Assembly (NCBI GenBank): GCA_963765895.1
Contig: CAVXZB010000038.1
Location: forward strand, 64,001 to 128,000
DNA length: 64,000 nucleotides
Origin: an uncultured Nitrososphaeraceae archaeon
GTDB taxonomy: Archaea; Thermoproteota; Nitrososphaeria; Nitrososphaerales; Nitrososphaeraceae
Reading direction: 5' to 3'
Below the pieces are notes generated by a model. That model saw nothing but the letters and a program-made list of their open reading frames with translations, did no database searches and was not told the origin of the DNA. The position numbers and the translations under genes were made by a program. Positions 1 to 13,847 of this stretch are shown one piece after another. Each line of letters starts with the position of its first letter. Within the stretch, counting starts at the first letter, position 1.

Positions 1-512
1 ACTCTTTTTAATCCAAACTCTTCAAACAAGAATCTATATTGTTCAGCCATATAAAGCGACCAATTCATTCCCATATCATGTTGTATAACATAAGAATGTC
101 GATTGTAGCTGACTTCGTGTCTATATGGATGACCTGAAATTTTAATCCAAGTTTCTATCACATCTAAAGCCGACTCAATATTGTATTCACTCCTTAGAAG
201 AAGTACAAAATCCTTGGTTTCTTTCTTTGCTATGTATTTGGCAATTAATGATATCTCTTTCTCCGGAAGCCTATTTATGAGGTCAATTAGCAGTCCTCTT
301 CTTACATTTACAAATCCAGCTTTTGCTGCATTAGAATGCCAATCTATATGTCTTCTTATTAAATGACTTACTAATGTATTAACGCTGATATCCTTCTGTT
401 CTGCTTCCCGTCGTAGTTTATCTAAAATAATTCCGTCTAACCGCAAGGTTATACTTTCACTTCGATGTGGCTGAAATTTTGACTCCTTTTTTTCTGATAG
501 ATTGGTAATTGT
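1..512 (-). CDS. Ribbon-helix-helix-like DNA-binding hypothetical protein, runs off the window edge, start uncertain
   Basis: Manual minus-strand translation ESITLRLDGIILDKLRREAEQKDISVNTLVSHLIRRHIDW...HDMGMNWSLY stays open to base 1. RHH-like N-terminus of a family common in Nitrososphaerales. Confidence 0.7.
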
Positions 513-1379
513 CTCTCAATCATAGTAATGTCAAAGTTCAATAAATTATTTTATGTCAATTTATTATTATACTATCTTATCTAATATCATCGCAGGATAA
601 GTATCTGTTAAAAATCTCGCCCTAACCAAGAATATGCAAAAAATCATATCCGTGTCCTAAGTTTAGCCGACCATTTGTTATCACTGCTATTAGATCTAAT
701 TTTCTTGACCGTGGTATACAGACAAAATGACGTCAAAATGATTCTTAAATTCTTGAAGACATTTTTTTAGCTTTCCATCTATCCATATTGAAAAGAAGGA
801 AAGAAATGCTATGTAAATAAGAGAAAAAGGCCAGAGCTATGGGGAAAACAGATATGAAAAGCATATGTGTATATCCCACGATCGGTCTAGCAACCTTCGA
901 CAGTAAAAGAAGCCAATATAACTACAATAGGGTTGATAAAGTTAACTGATTTGTATCTTCGGTTATGAACATGCTTACTGTCGATTCCGTAAGAGAGATG
1001 CGACCTTATAAATAGTTCAAGAAACAGTTACACGAAGCAATTCAGATTAAAATCAAAGCGAGCTTAAGCAGTCCCTAATTGACTGAATATTCGAAATAGC
1101 TTATTTTTGAGGACGGCAAACGAATCTTGTATTCTGAATCTAAGAATTGTAATAACTTATCTCCCAACTGAATGATTTATGCTCATTATGCAATATGAAT
1201 AAAGTATTTTTAAATAAATATTAAAAAGAGGAAAATCTTTTATCCATGACAGATGTTACAGTATGCTGATGCAAATAAAGGGATTTAGTGATATAAGGTA
1301 CTGCTTACCTAGCGTCATTATCGAGTAAACGGTTAATATTTAATGGTCAATCTTGAAACGATACTTTTTCCTCAGATTA

Positions 1380-1900
1380 GTGACAAAAAAATTACATTAG
1401 TACTCATTATAACAATTGCTTTTTTTGCTAATAGACACAATGATAAATAACGTTTCAGACTTTCTAGTCCCTCAGTCAACGTCCAAATGGGGTGTTACAT
1501 TTTTTGTTATGTTAGCAATTGTATTTGCTATATCTCAATATTTATTACTTAGATTTGTATGATGGAAGACAAAAAATATAAGATCAAAATCCCTCCTTAT
1601 TGATGGTTTACTCTAATCAATATTGTAGATACAAATTGCTAAGAATACTAATCTAGTCTTATCCTAGGTCAGTCGGCTTGTAACATACAATGGTTCACCA
1701 ACCGATAGTCTTATGGCAATTTGATTCTTAAACTGGCTGACAAAAAGTAGGCAGAGGCTAGATTCGTAACTTAATTGACTTGGGTTTTTATGGAGTACCC
1801 TAGTTGTTACTTTGGTTGCGTCATTCACTTATCATAATTGCGCCAAATATGCATCAAGTTTTCCTGTAAAGTTAACGTCTGAGTTCTTGGTTAGATTTTC
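1380..1900 (+). pseudogene. Decayed membrane-protein fragment
   Basis: Hydrophobic segment FVMLAIVFAISQYLLLRFV*WKTKNIRSK interrupted by stops; resembles Nitrososphaera multi-TM hypotheticals. Confidence 0.3.
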
Positions 1901-2035
1901 CCTTGCTCATTTATTGTTAATATGTCAGAAAATAGCATACTAGTCAGTTCCTAGATTATTATTATAGCCTTAGGTCATTCGATTTCAAAATTAGGGCATG
2001 GTACAGCATATATTACTACGCGGATAATTTCCAAC

Positions 2036-4420
<2,385 letters not shown>

Positions 4421-4998
4421 GTAAGCCTTTAATGTTAGGGATCACTCTTACACCTGAATATTCGATATTCGATACAGTCAAAAGTGATATCAAGATTGCC
4501 ACGGTGACCATTGACTTTTCTGGTTTAGTCAAGGCATCAAAATTCGCAGAGATTGTTGGTACCAACATTTAGAAACTAGACCTTTAGGAAAACATCAATC
4601 CTCAGAGAAGCGTCGAACACTTGCAGGCATCTTGCTCGTCCAAACATTTGGCTTGCATTGGGAGTCTGCTAGCTGAAGCCTCAAAGAATTATAGGAAAAA
4701 ATGGTGCGAAGGAGAAGTAATCTTCCTAATTCTGCCTACTAAATATTAGTAATCCAAGTTACTCTAGCGATGTCTGATAATTGCAGATGTAAATATTCAC
4801 TAATTTATAAATTACCTAATGGCTAGTTGTAATCTCTAACTAAATGGTATTGATGCAGGACATTGATAAAGATATAACTAAACCCGAAGGAAGAAGCTAT
4901 CTGAATGTCGCATCTAAGTTATCCGGCTGGAGTTACTAGATAGACCCCATCTATACCATAGAACAGTTTAAGTATTTTATAAGGTAGTAAGTCGGGTA

Positions 4999-5409
4999 TT
5001 GAAGATCTATCATAGAATAGAATTTTTAGCTGTTGCAGTAGCTGTTTGTGTTGGATTGGCTATGGAACATCCATCCATATTGGATTCTCAATTAGCACAC
5101 GCTGTCAAGGTCACAGTGACTTCTTATAATGATGGTTTTGTTGTAGGGAAAAATGATTGTAGGAGTAGAAATTCATATTCCACTACTGGTCATACAACTG
5201 TTTGGATAAACGGCTATAATGTTGGCTGGAAATCAGCTGGCTGCATGACACATACAGTAACTGCGACTTCTTATAATGATGGTTTTGTTGTAGGGAAAAA
5301 TGATTGTAGGAGTAGAAATTCATATTCCACTACTGGTCATACAACTGATTGGATAAACGGCTATAATGTTGGCTGGAAATCAGCTGGCTGCCGTCTACAA
5401 TCTAGCTAA
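4999..5409 (+). CDS. Secreted protein with two near-identical Cys-containing YxxG repeats
   Basis: Hydrophobic signal FLAVAVAVCVGLA; TSYNDGFVVGKNDC...WINGYNVGWKSAGC twice; TATA-like TTTAAGTA about 30 nt upstream. Confidence 0.8.
   Translation: MKIYHRIEFLAVAVAVCVGLAMEHPSILDSQLAHAVKVTVTSYNDGFVVGKNDCRSRNSYSTTGHTTVWINGYNVGWKSAGCMTHTVTATSYNDGFVVGKNDCRSRNSYSTTGHTTDWINGYNVGWKSAGCRLQSS
5118..5391 (+). repeat. 127-bp direct repeat, period 147 bp
   Basis: 5118-5244 and 5265-5391 differ at one base (GTT/GAT). Confidence 0.95.
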
Positions 5410-5868
5410 CAGACTATGATTTAGTTATTATATCTACTTCAAAAGACTGAATCGAATATTATTATTATTATTTTGTCAGGAATAGCCACCAAATTGGTAT
5501 GTATTCAATGTGTCCATACAGAAATTCCTGCTGATTAATCTGTGTTTTCGATATCGAGCAAGCGAATCGTCAAGCAAGCATCATATACTACTATTTTATT
5601 TAAAGTCATCTTTGAATAGCCCTTCTTGCAATTCTAATATTCAAGACTTAAGTTTTATGAAACAATTTTGTACTTGTAACAATTGATGCCATGAAGCAGC
5701 AATGCAAGGCATTCTGAGACACATCCTAAAATAGTCCAAAGAATCTATCGTGGAAACGGTATCCACAAGTAGCTACGCATAGCAGCCGAGATCTTTCTAA
5801 ATGATATTGCTTGGATGAGTTTGCTGTCCCCAAGCCATCATAATTAGTCACCGTCATCTTATTATACA

Positions 5869-6130
5869 GACTACACATATCGGCGCAAAAAGGATTCGGA
5901 AAAAGCCGAAATATTTCATAAAATCGAGCCTTATCTGACCTTTCTTAATATCCATCAACTACAAAGACAGGGCGCCGACATAAAAACGAAAGTAGAAGAA
6001 TTGGAAGAATTGAATCAATCAAAGACAGCGTGAAAAGGTATAGGATGATACTATAGCTCAGCTCTCAGATCAACTTGTGGCTATAACAGTAAGACTGCAA
6101 GATCTTGAGAGAAAACAATCGATCTTATAA
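5869..6130 (+). pseudogene. C-terminal remnant of a tyrosine recombinase/integrase
   Basis: YRRKKDSEKAEIFHKIEPYLTFLNIHQLQRQGADIKTKVEELEELNQS, frameshift, then DDTIAQLSDQLVAITVRLQDLERK. Resembles the coiled-coil tail of Nitrososphaeraceae integrases (from recall, not a search). Confidence 0.6.
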
Positions 6131-6866
6131 TGATAAAGAGACTACGTATCCATTAATAATAATATAATGAGAAAAAGTCAATGAAAGTAAATATACAATG
6201 TGCTATAGAAAGTATATTTAATTCCTATCTATCTACATATTCATACATTGCAGTTTCAAAGCATCAAACCTCTTTTCGTAAGAATAAATTTCTGTTTAAT
6301 AATTGCGTTGCTTCTACTAGACTAATTCCTTCAAGTCTTTGAACGTCAATATCCAGTAAAAAGGAACAAGTTAGTTTTAGCTTATTACCTTTCTATATAG
6401 AAACTTCCGGCAGTAACAGTATTTTACACTCAAACCTAGATCACATAGTTAGAATTCATATATGAGATAGATGCTATATACTATGTATAGATGGACTTTG
6501 AACTACTTTACTTAATACCGCCTATGATATTTATTGGACTGTTAATAGCCAGAGCTGGATATTATATGTTATCTGGAATTAATGCGTCCTCTGACGTCAG
6601 TGGCGTATTTGTATTGGGAGTCTTGTCAAAGATTGCTGACCGCATTCGAATCAGGAATTAGAAAAAAGGACTGGCAGTTCGAAAACGGACAGTTATCTTC
6701 TACGTCGGATTTGAATTGCCAGGCATTCTCAAGTGGACCCTTTGGTAATGACATCCCCAGTGAGTTGCTGATGCGCGCCCATGACTTACATTTGGGCGGT
6801 GTCATCTAATCAGTATCTATGTGCATTCAACCAAGCTGGTCTATCCAAATGATACCACCGCTAACG

Positions 6867-6961
6867 GTTTAAATCCTATCATGTTGATATGGAAACCGCT
6901 TCCTGCAGGTGTGTTAGTGTAGGACTGAGCGCTTTAAGTCCTATCATAATGATGTAGAAAC
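6867..6961 (+). CRISPR. Orphan degenerate mini-CRISPR array: 2 clear repeats, 1 spacer, possible third repeat at 6802-6831
   Basis: GTTTAAATCCTATCATGTTGATATGGAAAC (6867-6896) and CTTTAAGTCCTATCATAATGATGTAGAAAC (6932-6961) are 24/30 identical, both end in GAAAC, and flank a 35-nt spacer. Confidence 0.6.
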
Positions 6962-7174
6962 TCGGGTACGGAAAACAATGAGCTTCGTTCATCCAGCCGT
7001 TACCGCAACTGACTATTTAAATAAAAATTAGGGAATATACTTTATATGCTCTTCATTCTGTTATTTCGCATGGAACCCGCACGCTTTTGGAATCGTAGAA
7101 AGAGATTGTTCTGACCGTTTCATAAAAGGAGCCTTTTTCTTACATATCAGAATAGAATAAGGACTAAAGTATGT

Positions 7175-7459
7175 TTATTGGTCTTGGAAAAGTTTGGGAA
7201 AGAATGATACATAAAGACCAATCAACGTACTTAGTAATGGTAAGTGTAATCTAAGAATTTCCATCACAGGTATCAATTCCGAAACTTTTGGAGGTGTTGT
7301 AATCGGTGGTCTAATAAGATTTGTCAATTTTGCTAGAGTTTTCGATAACGTCAAAAGTTCCTCTGGCGAATAGATTTCTTGTATTGAAGTCATAAAATCA
7401 GCAGTGTTTATACTGGAAGTATTAACTACCTTTTTTCTGCTTGATTTCCTGGGGCTCAC
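7175..7459 (-). CDS. Hypothetical protein or fragment
   Basis: 94-aa ORF, no motif recognised. Confidence 0.35.
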   Translation of the reverse strand: MSPRKSSRKKVVNTSSINTADFMTSIQEIYSPEELLTLSKTLAKLTNLIRPPITTPPKVSELIPVMEILRLHLPLLSTLIGLYVSFFPKLFQDQ

Positions 7460-7489
7460 ATCTATTATCGAAGACAGTTCTATATAGGC

Positions 7490-7662
7490 ATACTAGTTGA
7501 TATCAAAGAATTAAAAGTAAGATGAATGAGGATACTGAAGTTGAAGGTGGACCAGGAGATATTATTGTAAAACCGTCTGGACACAATTCATGGGTTGTTG
7601 GGGATGAACCCTGTATAATGATTGACTTTACTAGTATGAAAGATTTTACAAAGAACGTATGA
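7490..7662 (+). pseudogene. Cupin C-terminal fragment
   Basis: DTEVEGGPGDIIVKPSGHNSWVVGDEPCIMIDF matches cupin motif 2; N-terminus missing. Confidence 0.65.
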
Positions 7663-8092
7663 AGTAGAGCTTCTAGTAGTTTTCAGTCCGCCATACCCTA
7701 TTTAAGTGATTCTTAGCACCCCGTAACTGTAGGCACGACTGTCAATAACATTCAAAGATTTGAACACCAACGACGAATAAATCTTCATTTGACGGAAGTG
7801 AGATAGTGTTAGTTGTGATGTCACATGTGTGATCTAAAAATTCATCAATTCCTAAGGAATTCATATTATTTGAATGCATTTTTTGGTGTGCCTCATGATA
7901 GATATGCACCTAATGTGGGTACATCATTGTTTATCATTGTCTATCTATATCAACATACATGTGTACAGAAAATCCAATATTGTACAATGTACCAAAACTT
8001 ATTGGACTTTTTTACACTAAAATAATGCTTGAAATTTTCACCTTTAACAAGGTTAACTAATGATTATAAAGCATATGTTACAGATTCCATAA

Positions 8093-8683
8093 ATGAAAAA
8101 ATACAATAATACTAAGACCGTCTTATCTGTATCTAACAAATCAGCAATATTGGTATTTATTGTTGCCGCACTAATGATTTCTACTGGTGCTATTTATTTT
8201 ATTGTTGCCTCCCAAGACTACTCTGAACTTTCGCAATCAGTATCTACATTAGCTAATAGCAGTAACAATAGTAATGAAAACAAGGAAGCTGTAGATACAA
8301 TTGCAACTGTAAATGAAATGATATTTTTTATAGTAATTGGTACAGCATATATTGCAGCTGGAATATGGATGATGGAGAACAAATACTATAGTAAAATACC
8401 GTATGTCGTAGCTGCTATAGGCTCAATAGCACTCATTGCATTCTATATCTCCACAAGAACAACAAATATTCCTTCTATAGGAATACAAGGGGATGTAGGT
8501 ACAATAGATATCCTTTCCAAAGTTCTGCAAGCAGCTATAGCTGGTGTATCGATATACATTGTCAGAACGTCAACAATAGTATGGAGAAGTGCTACAACAA
8601 CAAGAGCAGCACCATCCTCCCCTGCTGAAATGTTAGAACATGAAATGCGAAAAATCCAACTAGCGGCGAAATCTAAAAAGTGA
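8093..8683 (+). CDS. Hypothetical membrane protein (~4 TM)
   Basis: Four hydrophobic segments; TTATAAA about 28 nt upstream. Confidence 0.8.
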   Translation: MKKYNNTKTVLSVSNKSAILVFIVAALMISTGAIYFIVASQDYSELSQSVSTLANSSNNSNENKEAVDTIATVNEMIFFIVIGTAYIAAGIWMMENKYYSKIPYVVAAIGSIALIAFYISTRTTNIPSIGIQGDVGTIDILSKVLQAAIAGVSIYIVRTSTIVWRSATTTRAAPSSPAEMLEHEMRKIQLAAKSKK

Positions 8684-9116
8684 ACAGGATAACCCCTAAT
8701 TTATCCAATTTTTCATCCTGCTATCTTTATAGATATGACTATTACAGATTACGTACTATAAATTGGACGATTGTTTATACGCATAACAAAACTAGAGCAA
8801 TTACGATGATGATCCTAGAGACACAAAATTTGCTTTATGTAATTGTAATATCAGCCAATTAGACTTTAAAAGGCCATGAAGGAGAGCCTAACAACACATC
8901 GGTATAAACTGAATATTAGGTTAATCAAAATTCTTTAAACGAACTTTTAAAACTGCATTCAGAATTTGTCTTTATGCTTTAACCAGGTCTCCGTAAAAGA
9001 TGCATACGACGAATTGGAAATTGTGTTAGTCAAATTCATATTTTTTATGGTTCAAAAATAAATAAATTTTTAAATAAACTATATTCTTGGGGTGATCAAC
9101 AACAACTTATACTATC

Positions 9117-9650
9117 TCATGATAATATCGGTTCTTTTATTCTAATGCTTTCGATTAATTTCTCAAGATAGCCTAGACATCGTTCGAAATACGGAATTGC
9201 TTTCATATTGGTTTTTGTATAATTAGCTAATACTTCAAAAGCTTCCTGAGATATTAAGGAATTTCCTAATGAATAATTTCTTAGTTGCCTTATAGTCCAA
9301 TACCAGTTACCGTATTGATTTGCCTTATCTAAATCATTTAACAGATCAATACTCTTAGTTTCAGCTGATAATGCGCTTTGGATTTTGTCTATTTCAATCC
9401 TGTCAGATGGGACCATCAAGCCAAATTTATCATTTATCTTAAATAGAAGAGAGTCAACCGTTCCAATCATTTGACTAAGAAATGAGTCCGTCTCTATTTC
9501 TGCACTTGTTCGGAATTCGCTTGATGTAAGATCGTTATATCTCAATTCAATATCTTGTAAATTCTTTAAATGTTGTTGGCAGGCATAAAGCTTAAAGCCT
9601 ATTCTGTCAGTCTGGAATCTTGAAAAATCTTCAGTAGACAAATCACTCAC
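9117..9650 (-). CDS. Hypothetical helical protein
   Basis: 177-aa intact ORF with protein-like composition. Confidence 0.7.
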   Translation of the reverse strand: MSDLSTEDFSRFQTDRIGFKLYACQQHLKNLQDIELRYNDLTSSEFRTSAEIETDSFLSQMIGTVDSLLFKINDKFGLMVPSDRIEIDKIQSALSAETKSIDLLNDLDKANQYGNWYWTIRQLRNYSLGNSLISQEAFEVLANYTKTNMKAIPYFERCLGYLEKLIESIRIKEPILS

Positions 9651-10019
9651 AGAGCTAACTTGAACTCAGTGATATTTAGTTTTATTACAGGATCATTTCT
9701 GGCTGACAAATGATAATAATCTAGTTCTATGAATAGAAAAAGAGGTCAAAACAAGCTGTGACTTTGGGAAGCTTTGTACATCAAAGCTCATGTTGCCCCA
9801 AACTTTTTTTGAGAACGTTCTCTCCATTTTATAAAATGGTACAGATCAAGATGGTAATATAGACATAATAGTTGGTGAATGATTGTAAAATTTGTTGTTG
9901 TGACTATCACTTCTTTCGTTTGCCTTTAGAGGGTTTTGTCGCGGGGCCTTTTCAACAATTTCGATATCTAGTTATTGACTTTAGTAGCAAATCCAAAAGT
10001 GAAAGGGCAAGAACCGCAT

Positions 10020-10132
10020 TAGTAAAAAATAAAGCTAAAAAAGTAATCAGAGAACTTGCGCCAAATAATCCTGTATACTATGAAAAATTAAGGGAGAGGC
10101 TAAAAAAAATTCTTCCAGTAATGATCGTATAA
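10020..10132 (+). pseudogene. Fragment resembling type I restriction HsdR C-terminal region
   Basis: KAKKVIRELAPNNPVYYEKLRERLKKIL resembles the NPxYYEKLSERL segment of HsdR tails. Confidence 0.5.
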
Positions 10133-10140
10133 TAATTTAT

Positions 10141-10325
10141 GTGGATCTAAAAAATGTGCCAACATTAGCTGCCATCCCTTACGTAAAGGAAGTCAATCCA
10201 CATAAACCATTGTGCTCATTTAATAATGTAGCTGCTCAGATCCTAAATCTAGATAAAATCCAGAATCCTAGTTCCCTTGACGGCAGAGGCCAGATAATTG
10301 CTATTGCCGATACTAGATTGGATAT
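10141..10325 (+). pseudogene. S8 subtilase fragment
   Basis: FNNVAAQIL...LDGRGQIIAIADTRLD is the catalytic-Asp motif (normally ADTGLD); remainder missing. Confidence 0.65.
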
Positions 10326-10849
10326 ACGAATCAGCAATTCCGGTATTTTTTTGCGTTTCTTCTTCATAGATCGACAATTTGTCGTTCTTCTCCTTAGGCC
10401 TAGTCTTTTTTTCCATTTATTTAGACAATATCGTTCTGTACCATGAATTGAGATAAGTCTTTGTGCTATTGTTCTCGTAAGGCAACTTAATTTTTTCACA
10501 GATAGACTCAATATTTAAAACTACACACTCGAATGAATCCTTGTTTGTAGACTGCGGCATTTGGCGCGCCATTGATAGACATGTCCTACTTTTATCAATG
10601 CCAAGGCGTCAGTCTATGCATTTTATGTCTCGATTTAAAAAAGGTTTTTAAATTGGCGCCCCGCACATCTGTATTAGAAGACACTTTTCCGATATAATTA
10701 AACTGGACGTGTCAAAATCCGATACTGTCCGATGTGTTAAAACTTACTGGTGATTGACTGAATTAAATACACTAGTTCACATCCATTAATCGCTACTATC
10801 TATAGATATCAATTTCTGAGCACCTTATAGCACCTTAAATATTACATCC

Positions 10850-10960
10850 ATATTCAACTAGCGTACATCAACTACAAAGAAAGGGCGCTGATATACAACA
10901 AAGATAGAGGAATTGGAAGATCTCAATCAGTCGCTAAGAAGACTGAAGAGGAATTGGAAA
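10850..10960 (+). pseudogene. Second integrase C-terminal remnant
   Basis: 10866-10932 is a diverged DNA copy of 5953-6020 (CATCAACTACAAAGA.AGGGCGC.GA...GAATTGGAAGA). Confidence 0.55.
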
Positions 10961-11074
10961 ATAAGGTAAATGAAAGCTGAGAAAGAATGATAAGATTGAT
11001 CCTTGCATACATAGATACATGTTAATCACTCAACTGTCACATTAAAAGGAAGTGTAACTATCTATCCTCCCATG

Positions 11075-11215
11075 CGCTTTACTGGCAGCCAGGTAGATTC
11101 TTTATCTTTTCCTGGGTAATCATGTTGAATGTAGATATCAAGTGAGCCATCTGTGTTGTTCTTTAATCCTTAGTATATTTGCCTATATTATAACGATTGA
11201 TAGGATTTTCTACAA
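11075..11215 (-). pseudogene. DUF1214/DUF1254 fragment
   Basis: VENPINRYNIGKYT / LKNNTDGSLDIYIQHDYPGKDKESTWLP. Confidence 0.7.
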
Positions 11216-11287
11216 TTTCTTATTTGATTGATTGAAGGACGATTTCTTATTATACAATGTCAACGAATAGATCGTGAGAAAAACAAT

Positions 11288-11446
11288 ATGCTATGTGACA
11301 ATTGTGGCAAAGATACAAAATACCTTGTACGAGTCGTATCTGAACAGGATGTGAATAGTGGTATGAGCAGTAGAGGTACTGAGCCCAGAACAGAAGCTCT
11401 GCCAGTGGATCAACAATGGTGTCTTAGTTGCATTAATCAGCAGTAA
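11288..11446 (+). CDS. Small zinc-finger protein (52 aa)
   Basis: MLCDNCGK...WCLSC, two CxxC pairs; ATG 11288 follows a TATA-like TTATTATA. Confidence 0.7.
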   Translation: MLCDNCGKDTKYLVRVVSEQDVNSGMSSRGTEPRTEALPVDQQWCLSCINQQ

Positions 11447-11599
11447 CAGTATTTGTTACCGTATTTTGATACAGTAATAATAGAAAATATATGCAAACTC
11501 ATTAATCTGATAAGGTACCTCTTCCTGGCGATACTATCCAGTTAGATAATTTAGAGATCAAAGATTAAACATCACTGCTTAGCAGGACCTTCATTCGTC

Positions 11600-12190
11600 T
11601 CATCCGCCCTGCGCTTTTGTCAGTATTGTCGCGATTAGGAAACCTGCCAGCAACGCCATTCCTTTACCAATTCCTTCCTTCTTGAATGCTTCTGGGATCA
11701 TAGACTCCCTCACATCACCAGGATGGCACCAGCCGCGAATGCTATAGATATTGAAATTATAGCGGGGCTCGTATTAGATAGTAGTCCATAGCCAATCGTT
11801 GTTGATATGGTTCCTATGACAATGGCTACAGACCACAATGCAAGTATGTATTTTCTACTTAGTCCAGAGGACTTCATATCGTTAGTTGAAGCTAATCCCA
11901 CAGGAAGGTTTGAGACAAAGATTGCTACCAGAAACGCTACATTTATTGTACCTCCTGCCGCAAGTGTAACTCCAGGCACTGCATTTTCGGGTATGTTGTC
12001 CATGACAGATCCAATGAATAATGATCGCCCTGACGCGGGTTTACTGTCACTGGGAATTTTGCGATCAGATCCGTTTATGTGTCCATTTTTAGAGGCTATA
12101 GATTTTGACTTTCTCTCAAGAATTAGATTTGCTATGCTATATGAAACACCTCCCAAGATGAATCCAGTTGCCGTTGTTAAGATCTCCCAG
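11600..12190 (-). pseudogene. ZIP-family metal transporter, 5'-truncated and frameshifted
   Basis: MDNIPENAVPG, AIFVSNLPVGLAS, AFAAGAILVM, then shifted ESMIPEAFKKEG. Confidence 0.8.
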
Positions 12191-12413
12191 TGATTTATAT
12201 TAGAAGTCTTATCAGGAAAAGATATATTTTGCGTACTGATTTAATGTCTGACTATCAGCTGGGTGTCCTCTAGTAGCCATACTCTCTAATCGCTCATACC
12301 CAGGATGAGGAGTTATTACTCTAATTACGCTAGTCTAACTTAGGAACGAGATTAACCAAATACTCTAAGGCAACTGCAATAATCTTAAATCTGACCTCTA
12401 TCTCCTTGATCAT

Positions 12414-13656
12414 ATGAATATCTTTCCTCCCCTTGAACAAAAACTAGATCCTTTCAAGTTTTATGCAACAATGAGAAAATCCAATCCCATATCTTATGAC
12501 GACAAGAATAAACTTTGGGGAGTATTCCGGTATTATGATGTTCAATCAATCCTGGGTGATTATACTCATTTCTCTTCAAAGCCACCTATCCCAGAGTCCC
12601 CAGAGAGGTAAACAACTACAGGATGAAAGTAGACAAGTAGCTTTCTCTCGTCCTAGCTTGCTCAAATCCGATCCTCCATACCATAGGATATTACGGGGAG
12701 TAATTGCATCAGCCTTTACGCCAATGGCAATAGCTAGACTAGAAAGCCGTATCGAGGATGTAGCGAATCACTTGATAGATAAAGTGATCAAAAACGGGCG
12801 TATGGATCTTATATCAGACCTAGCATATCCATTACCAGTAACAGTTATCGCAGAACTACTTGGAGTTCCAGTAGAGGATCGTAATATTTTTCAAGTCTGG
12901 GCAGACAAGTTGGTTTCATCAGCGGGTGGCGAGCTTAATGAAGAGTCAGAATCAACAAAGAATTTGATCACAATTCAATCTGAAATGGACGAATACTTTG
13001 GACCAATAATAGATAAGAGATCCAAAGATCCACATCAGGATCTCATAAGCAACCTGATAAAGGCTGAGGCCGATGGTAATCACTTGAATAAAGAAGAAAT
13101 ACTTGCATTTTGTACTCTCTTGCTTCTTGCCGGTCACGTGACTACTGTCAATCTTATAGGAAATGCAGTACTCTCACTTCTTCAATATCAGGAACAGTTT
13201 GCACTTTTAAAAAGAGATGCGTCCTACTCTTTACTTCCCTCTGTGATAGAAGAGACACTGCGCTATCGCTCTCCGGTGCAGGCAGTATTCCGAATTACAA
13301 ACCGGGGTGCAAAAGTTGCAGAGCAGCCCATAGAACCAGGACAGGGTGTCATCGTATGGCTTGGGTCTGCAAACCATGATGAAAAAGTATTTCCCAATCC
13401 TGACAGATTTGATATTTCAAGAAGCCCACATGGTCATTCTCATGTGGGATTTGGAAATGGGATCCATTTTTGTCTGGGCGCACCTCTAGCAAGGCTTGAA
13501 GGAAAGCTAGCCCTCAAAGTAGTTCTCGAACGTCTAAAGGACCTTCAGTTTGATTATAAACAAGATAGTGACTTGGAGGGTTTACCACAAAACATACAAC
13601 CATTGCGCAGTGTATTCTTCCATGGTGTATCGGCCTTGCCCTTAAAATTTAGCTAA
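12414..13656 (+). CDS. Cytochrome P450 (CYP107/109-like), one frameshift near 12605
   Basis: SDPPYHRILR, AGHVTT, EETLR, FGNGIHFCLG; N-terminal ORF 12414-12611 joins by a single-base shift. Confidence 0.9.
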
Positions 13657-13847
13657 AGCATACCGCTCGGGCTAATGCGATTAGGACATTTTGACTATGA
13701 AATCTCACCTCTGGTATCAAATCGCTAGTAATGGATCCTGATTGGCGATTGATATCTACTTTGTAACCATGAAGTATAGATACACATTTTTAAACGCAAT
13801 TTTTTCACAGTAATACTAAAATCAAGGATATTGCTTAATTATCATAT

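Noticed and set aside
6582-6809. 75-aa ORF before the mini-array
   Set aside because: No Cas or other motif; likely spurious.
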